Counted from the first letter of the stretch, positions 12,157 to 23,272 are shown. The stretch: DNA of 64,000 bases from Schizochytrium sp. TIO01 (GCA_004764695.1 SMSO01000036.1:2108001-2172000), one strand, 5' to 3'. Notes: generated by a model not told the origin, from the letters alone. Translations and numbers: made by a program.

Positions 12157-12809
12157 GCTTGCTTGCCATCTATTATTTCTCTAAAAATCCTATGGAGAGA
12201 GCTTAAGAATCCTTTTTATAACCTAAACTAGACTGCTGTTTTATGTGTAGAGAAAAGTCAAAGTCAGTAACTCCATTCATTCTAGTTAAAGACCCTATCA
12301 GGATACAATAGTATTCATCAATAATAAATTCTTCACAAATTCGATCATATCTACTCTTGCTAGTCAAGCTCACAGAAGATAAATTCTATAGACTTTATAA
12401 ATGGACTCGAAGAAGCGTCTAATGACATTGAGCTGTGCAAGTATGGAACATCTTCCAAAGTCTTTGGGGTTGAGAGATTTATCAATGTAGGTAATATGTA
12501 GTAAGGAATTAAAGCATCAATGCTAGCTTACTAAATATACTTGCGTATGCCAATCTAAAATTTCTATCTATTGCGCACCAAGCTCCACGCAGATCAAGGC
12601 AGTATAAGCCGCAATTTCGGAGGCAGTGGTGATTCCTTATCATCTATATAAGAAAAGATAAATCAATCGGCTTTGTCGGGGAAGAAGCAAAATCCGCTAT
12701 ATTGAGTGGACTAACAAGAGGCGAACTTGCTGTTTCGCATGCTTCCCGAATCTATGCAACTAGCCATTTAATCTGCCTTTTCTCATTTGTTTCTAAACTT
12801 TCGGAATAA

Positions 12810-14864
12810 TTAGTTCACGTAAAAAACATCCTGGTGCTGATCAAAGTCCTTGAGGAAGATAACAACAACAGAAATATTGTCAGAGCTTCCCGCTGCAAGA
12901 GCATCGCCACCGATACGCTTTGCAGCAAGACCGCACTCCTTAGCGGTGTTGCGTACAGCACGGCAAACTGTTTCATCATTCAAAGTATCCCAGACACCGT
13001 CGCTAGCAAGAACAATAAAGTCATCGCCCTTGGTGGCGTCAAAATCATACTCAAGGATCTCAGGTTCAGCAGTGACACCAAATGGTTTAAAAGCAGCATC
13101 GCCAAGAGCACGTGTCACTTGAATATGACCATTGACACGGTACTTGCCGTCACGAGTCATCTGGATGGTACCGCCAGCAGCACGAATGCGGTCTTGCTCG
13201 GAAGGACTCGCGGCATTGTGATCCCTGGTGAGGCGAATAGCGCGGTCTACACCGTTCTCCACACGGCAAAGCACAGCACGACAGTCACCTGCATTGGCAA
13301 AAAGCATGCGGATTTGGCTCGGATTGCTCGCACGGTCCGGCTGCCATAGCGCGGCCGCCAAAGCAGTGCAACCAGACTTGTCTGCAACCGGGCCTGTGCG
13401 AAATGCATTATCAACTGTCACAAACTCATGGCTGACAATTTGTTGCCGAGATTTCTGGTCAGGGAAGTTAGCCACAGCAAGCTGCGAGCCGATGCGAGGT
13501 CCCAAGTATGTGTTGGCAAAGTGAGCACAAGCCGCGCCACCATGGCCATCAAAGACAGTAATGATGGTAAGCTCACCACGTCCGGCGCCAAGACTGTAGT
13601 GCGAGACGGCATGACGGTCCTCCATCTTGTCAGCACCGCGACGTCCTGAGGTAGCAAAAGCACCGACAGCAACGGCGGTGTTGTATTTAGCAGGGCCACC
13701 CACTGATCCTGCCTCTGCTGTACCATCCTGATCGACATCCATGCCATCTGCTCCAGGCTGGAAAACGTTGATGGTTGGCACATCAAAGACCTGGTGGCCT
13801 TGCGGGGCAGTCGGCGGCGCAACGCCCATGGACTCGGCCATGAGCTTAGTATTCACGCCCTGTTGACCGGAAGATTGAGCCTCCTCAATAAGACGAGCGT
13901 ACCCCTTACGAGCATCGCCAAAGGAGGTGTCAATACCCGCACTTTGCGCAATTGCCTCGAGCCTTTGTACAACACTGCTCGAGTTAGGACGGGAGCGGAT
14001 ATCCGGGTGCCACATCTCGCGAATCAGGTCGATAAGCTCCATTGGCATACCAGGCTTCTCGGAAACGGTGACAAGGCCAGGGCGAAGATGGTCCATACAA
14101 ATAGCCATGATGAGAGCGTGCTCAGAGTAAGTAGCATCCATCACAGTGTGCATATCGGCATCCTCCTTTTCCATACCAACATAGGGAGGTGTTCCGGTAA
14201 GCATTTCAGCAAATGTCATACCAAGACCATAAATGTCGGAAGCTTGGATAGCGGGGCTGTTACGCAAGACTTCAGGTGCAGTGTAGCCAAGCGTTGTGCC
14301 ATCCATAATACTTTTGTGAAAACCACCAGAGGGCTGGGAAAGACGCGCGCTGTCTACAATTTGACGAATGATCTTGCCATCATCATCCAGCTCACCAGCC
14401 TTTTCTACAGAACCAAGGTCGGTAAGCCGAGCTCTCCAAAGTCCATCAACAAGGACATTAGCAGATTTGATGTCGCGATGGACAAACCCGGTCTGGTGAA
14501 AAGCCTCGAGAGCACGAGCAGAGTCCACGGCAAAGCACACGATAAGTTCGAGCGGGAGGACACTACGGGCCATCATGGTACTCAGACTTCCGTTCTCCAT
14601 AAAAGGGAGGACAATGGAGTAATGGGGAGGAGCGCGCACAATCGCCAGAGGAACCACCATATGATCGCTGAATTCCGGGCGAAGGAGCATCCGAACCTCG
14701 TCTTCAAACTTGTCAAGACTGTCTGCACGACTGAGAATCAGGCGTTTTACAACAACAGGCTCGCCACGGAACTTGCCATGAAAACACACATTTTCATTGC
14801 TCTTGTGCAGTTGGGTGCCGAGCTCGATCTCGTCAAGGCTTGTGAGTTCCACAACACGGGCCAT
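12810..14864 (-). CDS. Protein kinase and PP2C-like domain fusion protein
   Basis: N-terminal kinase (VVVK, HRDIKSANVL, TDLG, GYTAPE). C-terminal PP2C/PPM (MEDRH, VFDGHGG, ANAGDCRAVL, LTRDH, VTRALGD, LASDGVWD, GSSDNISV). Confidence 0.92.
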   Translation of the reverse strand: MARVVELTSLDEIELGTQLHKSNENVCFHGKFRGEPVVVKRLILSRADSLDKFEDEVRMLLRPEFSDHMVVPLAIVRAPPHYSIVLPFMENGSLSTMMARSVLPLELIVCFAVDSARALEAFHQTGFVHRDIKSANVLVDGLWRARLTDLGSVEKAGELDDDGKIIRQIVDSARLSQPSGGFHKSIMDGTTLGYTAPEVLRNSPAIQASDIYGLGMTFAEMLTGTPPYVGMEKEDADMHTVMDATYSEHALIMAICMDHLRPGLVTVSEKPGMPMELIDLIREMWHPDIRSRPNSSSVVQRLEAIAQSAGIDTSFGDARKGYARLIEEAQSSGQQGVNTKLMAESMGVAPPTAPQGHQVFDVPTINVFQPGADGMDVDQDGTAEAGSVGGPAKYNTAVAVGAFATSGRRGADKMEDRHAVSHYSLGAGRGELTIITVFDGHGGAACAHFANTYLGPRIGSQLAVANFPDQKSRQQIVSHEFVTVDNAFRTGPVADKSGCTALAAALWQPDRASNPSQIRMLFANAGDCRAVLCRVENGVDRAIRLTRDHNAASPSEQDRIRAAGGTIQMTRDGKYRVNGHIQVTRALGDAAFKPFGVTAEPEILEYDFDATKGDDFIVLASDGVWDTLNDETVCRAVRNTAKECGLAAKRIGGDALAAGSSDNISVVVIFLKDFDQHQDVFYVN

Positions 14865-14907
14865 GTTTTAAAAAGAAGTTAGATTCCTTTCTATTGTCTT
14901 GGCAAAC

Positions 14908-15244
14908 CTATGGCGCAGAAATCACAAATTGTGGGTTTGTCGTTGGATCAATGTTGGTTAGGGAACAATTGAAAACATTTGCAGTCAACCGAGATAAGAG
15001 CGAAAAGTTAGTTTATAATCATTCAAAAGACGACAATTCTTTCCACGAGGGTTCAAGCTATGGACAATACGCCTAGGCAACTTGTCAGAGACGCAATCAG
15101 GTTCAAGCACGGACCACTATTTTCTACCACTCAACTGCATGTTGCAACCAAGTGCCCATAGAAATACTTCAACCAAGTTTAGGACCCGCCATGCCAATTA
15201 GCTACCATGTAAACGCCCACAACGCCACAACCGGGTACGCTTAC
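14908..15244 (-). other. Probable 5'UTR intron of the kinase-PP2C gene
   Basis: Minus strand reads GAAG|GTAAGC at 15244, a CTAAC branch motif near 14960, and GCCATAG| ending at 14908, 43 nt before the ATG. Confidence 0.5.
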
Positions 15245-18200
15245 CTTCAATCCAACCCAGCTTGCCAGCGGATTAGCACGCAGGTTTGACACGTGCAAAA
15301 GGTTTTGCTTTTAGCCGGGGAAGGTGCAATTGGAGTCGATGTGCATTGCATTTCCTCTTACAGAGCTTATATAACGAAAACTATAGGAAAGTAGGTACCA
15401 TCACGGTCCCACCGAACAAACACCGACGGTACTATTCCAAATTTTGGAGGACGTCACTATGACCGACGTCACATAAGAGTGGTAAACGTCGACCAAAAAA
15501 TTCCATTCTGCAGCTACGAGTTGAATATGGGTAGATTCATCACAGCGGGTTTTCCGAGATTTACCGTGCAACGGCCCAATGTAACATGCAGAAAGGGTTG
15601 TTTAATGATGCTTTCGCCCACAGATTATAATAATATAACATATGAATTATGAAGCAGGATTCATTTCTTATCACAATGAGGACAAACAAGGATTGATCTC
15701 ATTTCGTAAAACCCGTTTGCATAATGCAGCTTGGAAAAGGAAATAATTACGAACTCATTGGAAAAGATGAATTGATAACATCAGCATTCGAATAGATGCA
15801 AAACACCATGAGATATCCCAATTGGGAAATAATTTCTTGAGTTGAGTGTTCTAGGTAAGTTGACTTGGCAAATGCTGCGACGACTTTGAATTCAACTACC
15901 TTCTGGGTGAAACAACCAAATGAATAGTATGCAGGAACTGCGCTGTACTCACCCTTTTTATCAATATAAACCCACTAACTGCTTTCTTTCCAACATTACT
16001 TTTCAGAAGGTTGTTGCAAAAGAGATTGATCAACTATCAGCAATTGTTACGGTGCCTAAAACATTTTGCTTTGAGTGATTTATACGTTTGCCTGTAGTTG
16101 TGTTATGCCACGATCAAAGCTAATTATCTTTTATAAGAGTATCCTCCTTCTCCTTGTTGTTCAAGACTTCTGATTTTGCCTAGCTCAGAAAATTGTGCTC
16201 CACATATACCTCTTTATTCTAAAAAACAAAACATAGAAAACATAGAAAACCTCACAGCAGGAATGCGCAATCCGAGGCGTTTTCAATAGTGAGGAGTGAG
16301 GACATCGAAGTAGCGAAATTACTGATCGTGGCTTTCTTATGTCTTCAAAACCTGTTACTTCTGATTTGTTTTGTTTCTACTAGAGCTAATTCGAGCAAAC
16401 TTTCAAGTTCTTAGTTTATAAGAATTATCACCGTTTACCACTTTCAATCGAACCCACCACGCTGCTCACTATCGCAGGTGACAGATAGCATAGTCAATAG
16501 GGTTTTCTCAAAGCATTGTTGTGCGTATTCGTATCAGTCTTTTCAGACCGATTGTTCCCACGACTCTACTACAGCTAGGTACTACCTATCTTCTTCATTA
16601 TGTCAGTTAGGAGGAAAGAAGCCCATTATGTCTGTTCACTGCTACAAACTTGGATGTTAATTCGTAGGACAGTGATTTTCGTTCTGCCAATGGCGGCCAC
16701 GATTCGAAATTCTTGAAGCTTGGTCCTGCTAACTATTTCATCCACTCCTTCGATATTTTTTAGTACCGATGTTTTCCAAATTTATAAAAATGATAGGATG
16801 CACAGATGCGTTTGTCGTACGGGAACCATCCACGCAACGATGCGAACGCAGAGTTCCTCCAACGTTTATTCGCTAGTAGCTCGGCGTCTACCGCCTTGGG
16901 ATATAGGCGACTGGGGATCACCAAGTTTCCAAGAGACCTAACTTGCAGTTGCCTGTGTACTTTTCATAATATGATGATGGTATTCTCTTGATGTTGTGTG
17001 CCTCAAATGACTCCTATGTAGGAAGATCCTGCGAGAGCCTTGAGGGTGCTCAGTGTACATTTAGTTCTCAAGCCCAGCTCGCTCGGAAGCTGCGCCTTGA
17101 CGAGTCTCACGGCGCCAAAGTAGGTCTGGTGCTAGAGGAATATTTAGAATCACTTTATAGGCGCTTATGAGTGATGGTTTGGACAAAGCTTTCACAAAGC
17201 GACCTAGCACCTACTTGCCATTTTGAAGACCAGCAAAATAACCGTGATGTAATGACTCTCAAAGTCCCTTAACAACACGGCGGGCTCGTCTGTAGCTAAC
17301 AAAGAGCGGTTTGTTTCTCATCTCTAAGCAGCACAAGTGTTACTTACGCATGCGACCGATATGTGTGCTTCGTTTAGTTTTCCCAGGTATATAGTTCCCC
17401 GGATTAGTTCATCGATCACAAGAAAACTGGGGTAGCATAAGCACAGCCTATGTTGGATACGAGAGGTTTATTTCTTTGCTTAAGTGTATAGGCTAGATAC
17501 CAAAAGATGTTTTTGCTCGATTTTCTCCAGTTGTCATCATGTGGTCTCACGTGACTAAATTAGAGCTGTAAAGAAAGTTATGAGGTAACGAAACTTCACA
17601 CGCTCTTAAAATTAGGACCATAGAGGCCGTGCGAAGCACTGTGCGTGGCAATCAGCGACGACCTCGTTGAGGCACAACTATGCTATACCACGTTTCGAAC
17701 GCTGAAGGTTTAGCTATTTGTATGTGGATTATTGTTCTTCTAGCATTCCAAAATTTACTCGCCATCATCAAGAAATCGTAGGGTACTTGGATCTCGCTTC
17801 AGTGCTTTCTTTAAAACATGGTTTGAAACCTTGGAGCTGGAGCGCTGACAAGTTTTGCAAATAACGTGGTTTGGTGGCTTCCGAAATTCAACAAGAATAG
17901 TTTGTTTACTATAAGGGCTCTCCAATTAGAGGTAAGCTGCCGACTTAGCTCATTGAAGGGGTTACGACTAAGTCAAAACGAATAGGCTTACCAACTCCAA
18001 TTTGCAAAGAGGCATTTCTTGGAGCAACTTTCATCGCAAGGTGCTCTTTCATCATGAAGTCATTCATCTCACTCACTGTGACACCCTGTCGGGAGTTCCT
18101 TTTCCTCTGTGTTATATTCTCGGCCTGATCTTTTTGCCATCTACTTGCTTTGCAACGATGAGCCCTGCAGTATACAGTATATATGTGCACATTTTAACGC

Positions 18201-18898
18201 ATATGAGTTATATCAATTGACGGGTTGATGATCCTTCTAAAACGATAGTTCATAAAGGCTTTAGAACGCTTGCCTAGACTGTGAAAACCTGAGTTATCTT
18301 GCACACCATGACGAGTTTGCATTCACTCTCACAGGTGCAGTCACCCTCCTATTATTGCTCATGTCTGTCGAGCATAAATTGTCATAAACTCAAGCGCTAA
18401 ACAAAGAGTCTATCCATGCATCTGCAGTATAAGTTCGCCGGGATTTCTTGGATCCAGCTTGGCAAACACTTGTACGATTTCAAGTTGATCTTACTTTTGA
18501 TCATAGACATCGCGCTTATTGATCAGCCAGAGGTGTCTGAGTTTGAGCAAGTTGTCAATAAAATGGGCTCAAATTTTCATTAATGTGTCCTCGAAGACTT
18601 CCATCATCCTGCACAGATGTTTGCGTGCGCCGGGTTCCTAGTTCTCGGCGGCGCACGCATTGCTTTCAAGGCCTCAGAAATCTAAAAATCTAATCTATTG
18701 GAAAATCATTTCGAATTTTAAAAATAAATGTAAGAAAATAAAACTTTTAAAAGGCAATATGTTATATGAAAATCAGTACTCATACAAGAACACAATTTTC
18801 ATTTTATAAACAACTTTTTGCCTCATTTTTATTTTCTAATATTTAATTTTTAATGTAAATAAAAATATAAATAAAAAATATAAATATAAATAAAAACG

Positions 18899-19240
18899 AG
18901 AAGACGACCATTGGACAAGCTCACTCCAAACCGCCTCGCAATTGCTCAAGTCCGCTCGAACTTGAAGACGCACCATGATCACCAATCTCTTGCAAGTTTA
19001 TCATGCTGTACCCTCTGGTTTACATGTGTGAAACGGATGAGTTGTGACTCATAGATGAATCTCATCTCCAAGATGCAAAGAGTATAAACTTGTGGAGGTG
19101 CCGCCATAAGGAGACGAAGACCAATGGTGATGTGATCTTATAGATCGACGGAGGTCATCTTTGCTGATGAAACTAAGGTTTGCAGCAAGATGAAATTCGT
19201 AAAGGATCTGGTCAAAAACTAGGGTGAGAGCAAGTCTTCA
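18899..19240 (+). pseudogene. Possible decayed IS630/Tc1/mariner DDE transposase fragment
   Basis: 19151-19180 translates to EVIFADETKV, resembling the first catalytic Asp motif (V.F.DE.K). IWSKT follows in another frame and RRRPLDKLTP lies upstream. Many stops and frameshifts. Confidence 0.3.
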
Positions 19241-19303
19241 AAGATTTGGCCTTAAAGACGAAACATCCTGAATTTATGATACAACCAACTTATTGGAAGG
19301 CTC

Positions 19304-19886
19304 TCACTTCGATGCAGGGCGCATGATGATGATGAGTCCCACGCAGACCGCCATGAAGTACATAGTGGATATACAGAACGGAACCCCAATGTTCTCAGCA
19401 GTCCCATTCAAGGTCCTGCAAATTACGTATTGCTGTCGTAGCGCCATACGGCTGTCTGCGAATAGTTTTTGACTTCGTTGCTGTATCGATGAAATTCGTG
19501 GAGTCCTGATGACCTCAAATTGCCATGTGTGCGTGCATGCATGCGTATATTTTCTTCGTGAATCCTGGTCTCTTCCTTCACCTTGCTCGTCTTCATCTTG
19601 ATCTTCACCTCCAGTTCCAACCAAAATTCAGACGGATCGCGCATCGCCGAACCCGAAGGTTTTGGCAGGTATCATCATTGAGGCATAGTTTCGGCCACTG
19701 CCACTCCGCGCAGCATTGTCGATCGTTGCAGCAGAAGCAGCTCAAGAATGCATTGCGCCAAGCAGGTTCTTCATGCGGCGCGTAGTTCACGATGGATTCT
19801 TCTCTAGAGCTAGCTGGGCAGTCATTGCATTTCGTTGATGCATTTCCCTGCATTTCAACTGCAATGTTGCTCGCAATGCATTGCAT
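19304..19886 (-). pseudogene. Possible decayed PLAC8-family cysteine-rich protein
   Basis: PAWRNAFLSCFCCNDRQCC (W..L..C..D..CC) in one frame and RMALRQQYVI (R..LR..Y.I) in another. The frame is broken. Confidence 0.3.
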
Positions 19887-20651
19887 CCAGTTCGTCTTAG
19901 TTACCGAATGGACCTCGTTTTGGCCAAACCATGAAATCCCGTCGGTGTTGTCGGTATCAACGACGATGATGCCGCTCCGGCCCCTCTTGAGAGGCGAGTC
20001 GTCATCTTGCTTTCGCGCAAACTATATTGGATTTGCCTCTCCACGTAAGTCAGTTCATATGCTCTTGACCTGAACTTCGTAAAGACTGGGGAAACCAATG
20101 AAAAAGTCTTTTTGATCATAATCAAACAAATGAATCAGAGCCTATGAAATGCGCAAACCTTACTTAAAATAATGCAATTATATGGTACCTCGGATCAACG
20201 AAATGCAGGAGCGATAGTGCCACTGGAAGCTGCTTAGGCAGAGGATCAGAGCAGGCTATCTATTGAAAAGCTCCTTCGGGTCGAGTTGAGCAACCTCTGG
20301 AGGTCTTTTAGCGCATGGTGGTGCATTGGTTGCAGTTTTGTAAGTAGTCCCTACATAATTCCCATTACCTCCTCTTTCTTTTCATCAGTGATCACTAGTA
20401 TTTTTTATTTAAAAAAACTAAAACTAAAACCACGAAAAACTATTCCTTTTCTTTTCTAATTTTATCATTTTAATACTATAATATAAAAAATAATAATAAA
20501 ATATATAAACTTTATCAGCATCTTATTAACCCCTTTTCCCTTTTCCTTTTCCCTTTCCCTTGTGGAGAGCATTAAGAAAACGTTAGAACTTTGTAACCTC
20601 CAAATGGTGTGTATTCCTCGTAAATGAAAGATTGTAACTATTTAGGTTTTC

Positions 20652-20699
20652 AAGAAGAAGAAGAAGAAGAAGAAGAAGAAGAAGAAGAAGAAGAAGAAG

Positions 20700-20729
<30 letters not shown>
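20652..20729. repeat. (AAG)26 trinucleotide microsatellite
   Basis: Perfect AAG repeat, 78 nt. Confidence 0.97.
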
Positions 20730-20730
<1 letters not shown>

Positions 20731-20914
20731 GGAGGCTAGGTAAGAAAATGGCATGACCAGGGAACCACCAAGCTCGAGACGCTACTGCAAGAAACGAAAA
20801 CCTTCAATACAAGCCAGCATCAAAGTACTTCAACCAGAGGTTTGGCGTGCGTCTCAGCGAGCGCCCTTCGGATGCCTCCCTCGGAGACAGTTGCATATCC
20901 GCAAGTGACGACGT

Positions 20915-21426
20915 TGTGGGCCCCAATGGCCGCGGTTTATTCCGGCGGCTACTAGCTAGCAGCGCAGCACTGATCGTCTGATTAATCTTCGCCAACAAGC
21001 CCTCTGCCAAGCGGTGACAACTTCAAAAGGCCAGGCTTGTGGGTCCTATTGGACTACCGAGATTCACCACAAGCTTATTGCGCTTTGACTCCGTGAAAGC
21101 TACGATACTATCCTCTTGCCTCAATTTGAAGCTTCAACACGTTAGTTATCAAGACGGACCAAAATCAAGACAGCTCGAAGGACGTGACGTTCGTTGGCTT
21201 CTTTCTGGCACGCGATCGTTCACAAAGCCGAGCTTTTTCTTTGCACGTGCTGTAGACTTGTTGTTTGCCGAGAGGATTACACATGGGAAACACACAATGA
21301 ATGTGGCACCATCCACGACAGGCTCAGACCATCCAAGGTTTTACAATTCCCCAGCAATGCAAACCCGTAGCTGGTTGCGATCTCCACGTCGCTAGAGGCA
21401 CCCTTTTGCACTGCCTATCCAAGGAC
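20915..21426 (+). pseudogene. Degenerate Fanzor (Fanzor2/IS607-TnpB-like RNA-guided RuvC nuclease), C-terminal half
   Basis: Across three frames: KR*QLQKARL / WTTEIHHKLIAL*LRESYDTILLPQFEAS / KSRQLEGRDVRWLLS / IVHKAELF..CRLVVCREDYTWETHNECGTIHDRLRPSKV / QQCKPVAGCDLHVARGTLLHCL. This is collinear with the bridge helix, RuvC-II region, E-x-YT motif, zinc ribbon and RuvC-III. Confidence 0.8.
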
Positions 21427-21540
21427 ATGGTTTGTAAGTTGTCTTTGAGTTGCAGGTTAGTTTTTGGAGCTGCGATCTGGTCTTAGCCTTAGGTCGTCAC
21501 CGCAGGAATTGCAAGTTTTGCAAACTTTGTATGTTGAATC
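21427..21540 (+). ncRNA. Candidate omegaRNA scaffold / element right end (degenerate)
   Basis: Directly 3' of the Fanzor relic: stem CGATCTGG (21473-80) / TTAGGTCG (21489-96) extended by CTGC/GCAG, then a near-palindrome CAAGTTTTGCAAACTTTG (21512-29). The position matches where Fanzor omegaRNAs are encoded. Confidence 0.35.
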
Positions 21541-23228
21541 TCTAGCTAGAATGGTGTTCAAAGTTTGACAGCTTTCATTTCAACCAGATAATGTCCTCTT
21601 TAGACCAATCGGTGGTCTGGCGAACAACCTTTCATGAGGAAGCTAATGAGAACAACGCTACTGGCGGCTCGGACTAAATCTGCGAAGTCTTCATTCGAGC
21701 TGAGTTCTGGATCCCTGATTTGAGGATGTACTTTGTAATGTAAATGGGTAGGTAGATGGGTGCTAAGCTAGAGAACAACTTATACTATTGATTTTATTAT
21801 ACAAGGATTTCTCAGTTTTTTTTTTTTTTTTTAAAGTTTTTTTTAAAAAAAGTTTTTTATTTTAATAATTTTAAAAATTAAATTTAATCAAACTTTCAAA
21901 GTGATACTTTCAGACCTAGTATCCTAGTATAATATGTGACACCAACCCTTAATTTAACTATTTTAAATTCTTATAGGAGGGAAAAAGAAAGGTTTTGCAA
22001 GCTAAGAAAGATGGATACGAGGCTGGGACCGAACGCTAATTTCAAATATAGTAAATGATATGTAGAACCTTAGTCTCCTGCCTGTTCTTTGTTGGCTGTT
22101 CTTTCGCCGTAATTGCCTTGCCTAAGTAGACAGACAGCCAGAAAGCCAGGAAGACGACGGAACACTAAAGACAACCAAGACCTCTACAAAAAGGTCATCC
22201 TTAAATCCACCACAGCATAGGAAGTGCCTGTTCATATCGTCACCAACGCAGATGAGATCAGGTCTCGAGAGGCTTTCCATTCGTTCCAGCCGTTCCCCCA
22301 AATAAGCAAACAAGCCTAAGAGCTTTTTTAATTTAAAATAAATGTTCTTCTAATTATTATTTTAAAAAATAATGAATATAGAAATGAAAGTAATGAATAA
22401 TAATAATTTGCTTTCACTAAACCAACTTTCTCCAAAAGGAGAAGCTCTTTGTTGCTATATACTATAAATGGCTGTTCTTTCGTTCTCTCTGCGTTCCTTT
22501 TTCTCTAGAGCGAGCTTTGTCACAAATACTTTCTTTCTTTCTTTCTTCGTTCTCTCTTGAGGAAAGGAGAGAGATTCAGAGCACAAGACCGAAGATCGGT
22601 AACTCACTCACTGACTCGCTTAGACAGTCAGTCAGTCGCTCAGTCAGTCGCTCGATCGATCGATTATCTGGTCCATCAACTGATCGATCCACCGCAATGA
22701 CAGGACGAGAGAAGGCGGCGAAGTCCTCCATCGAGTTCTCTTTCCATCTCTTCAGAGGTCTGCCTCCTCTGTCCTCCCTGCCTTACTTTCTTTCTTTCGT
22801 TCTTTCGTTCTTTCGTTCTTTCGTTCTTTCTTTGGCCAATACAAACTCATCTCAGTTCTTTCTCCATTCCTTATCAGTTTACGATAGTTGAATAGTCTTA
22901 CTCATGTAATTCTCAGTAACGAGGGTATCGATTGCTGAGTCTCACAGAGATAGTTTAGTTCCTATTCAAAGATAGCAGTGCAGTAGGCACATCTACTAAA
23001 AATTTAGGTTTTAGTTTTTTTGTTTCTTTTTGTAGGCTACACGGGAGAGGACTATAGCACCCACTTAAGGGTACAGCCGGTGACAGAGGCACCACCCGCC
23101 GGCGATAGAAATTCCGCGGGTGCGTTCAAACAAGAACAGGTGAAGCACGCAGGTTTGCCTACGGGCTCCAGTAGCAGTGGTTAGAGAGGGAGGTAAGAGA
23201 GCTCTGACCGATTTGTTTTCACAGAGAG

Positions 23229-23230
<2 letters not shown>

Positions 23231-23265
<35 letters not shown>

Positions 23266-23272
23266 TTTCTTT
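23231..23272. repeat. (TTTC)n microsatellite
   Basis: Imperfect TTTC array seen directly. Confidence 0.9.

Noticed and set aside
13794-14882. 362-aa + strand ORF, and similar long antisense ORFs at 52929-53897, 51957-52628, 2444-3247 and 39999-40631
   Set aside because: Antisense shadows of codon-biased genes, with no recognisable motifs.
20200-20915. IS607 serine recombinase (TnpA) or RuvC-I motif upstream of the Fanzor relic
   Set aside because: No YARVS-type or D-P-G motif could be found by eye. The region is interrupted by an AT tract and (AAG)26.
21039-21395. 118-aa ORF as a stand-alone small gene
   Set aside because: Non-ATG start. Better explained as one frame of the frameshifted Fanzor relic.
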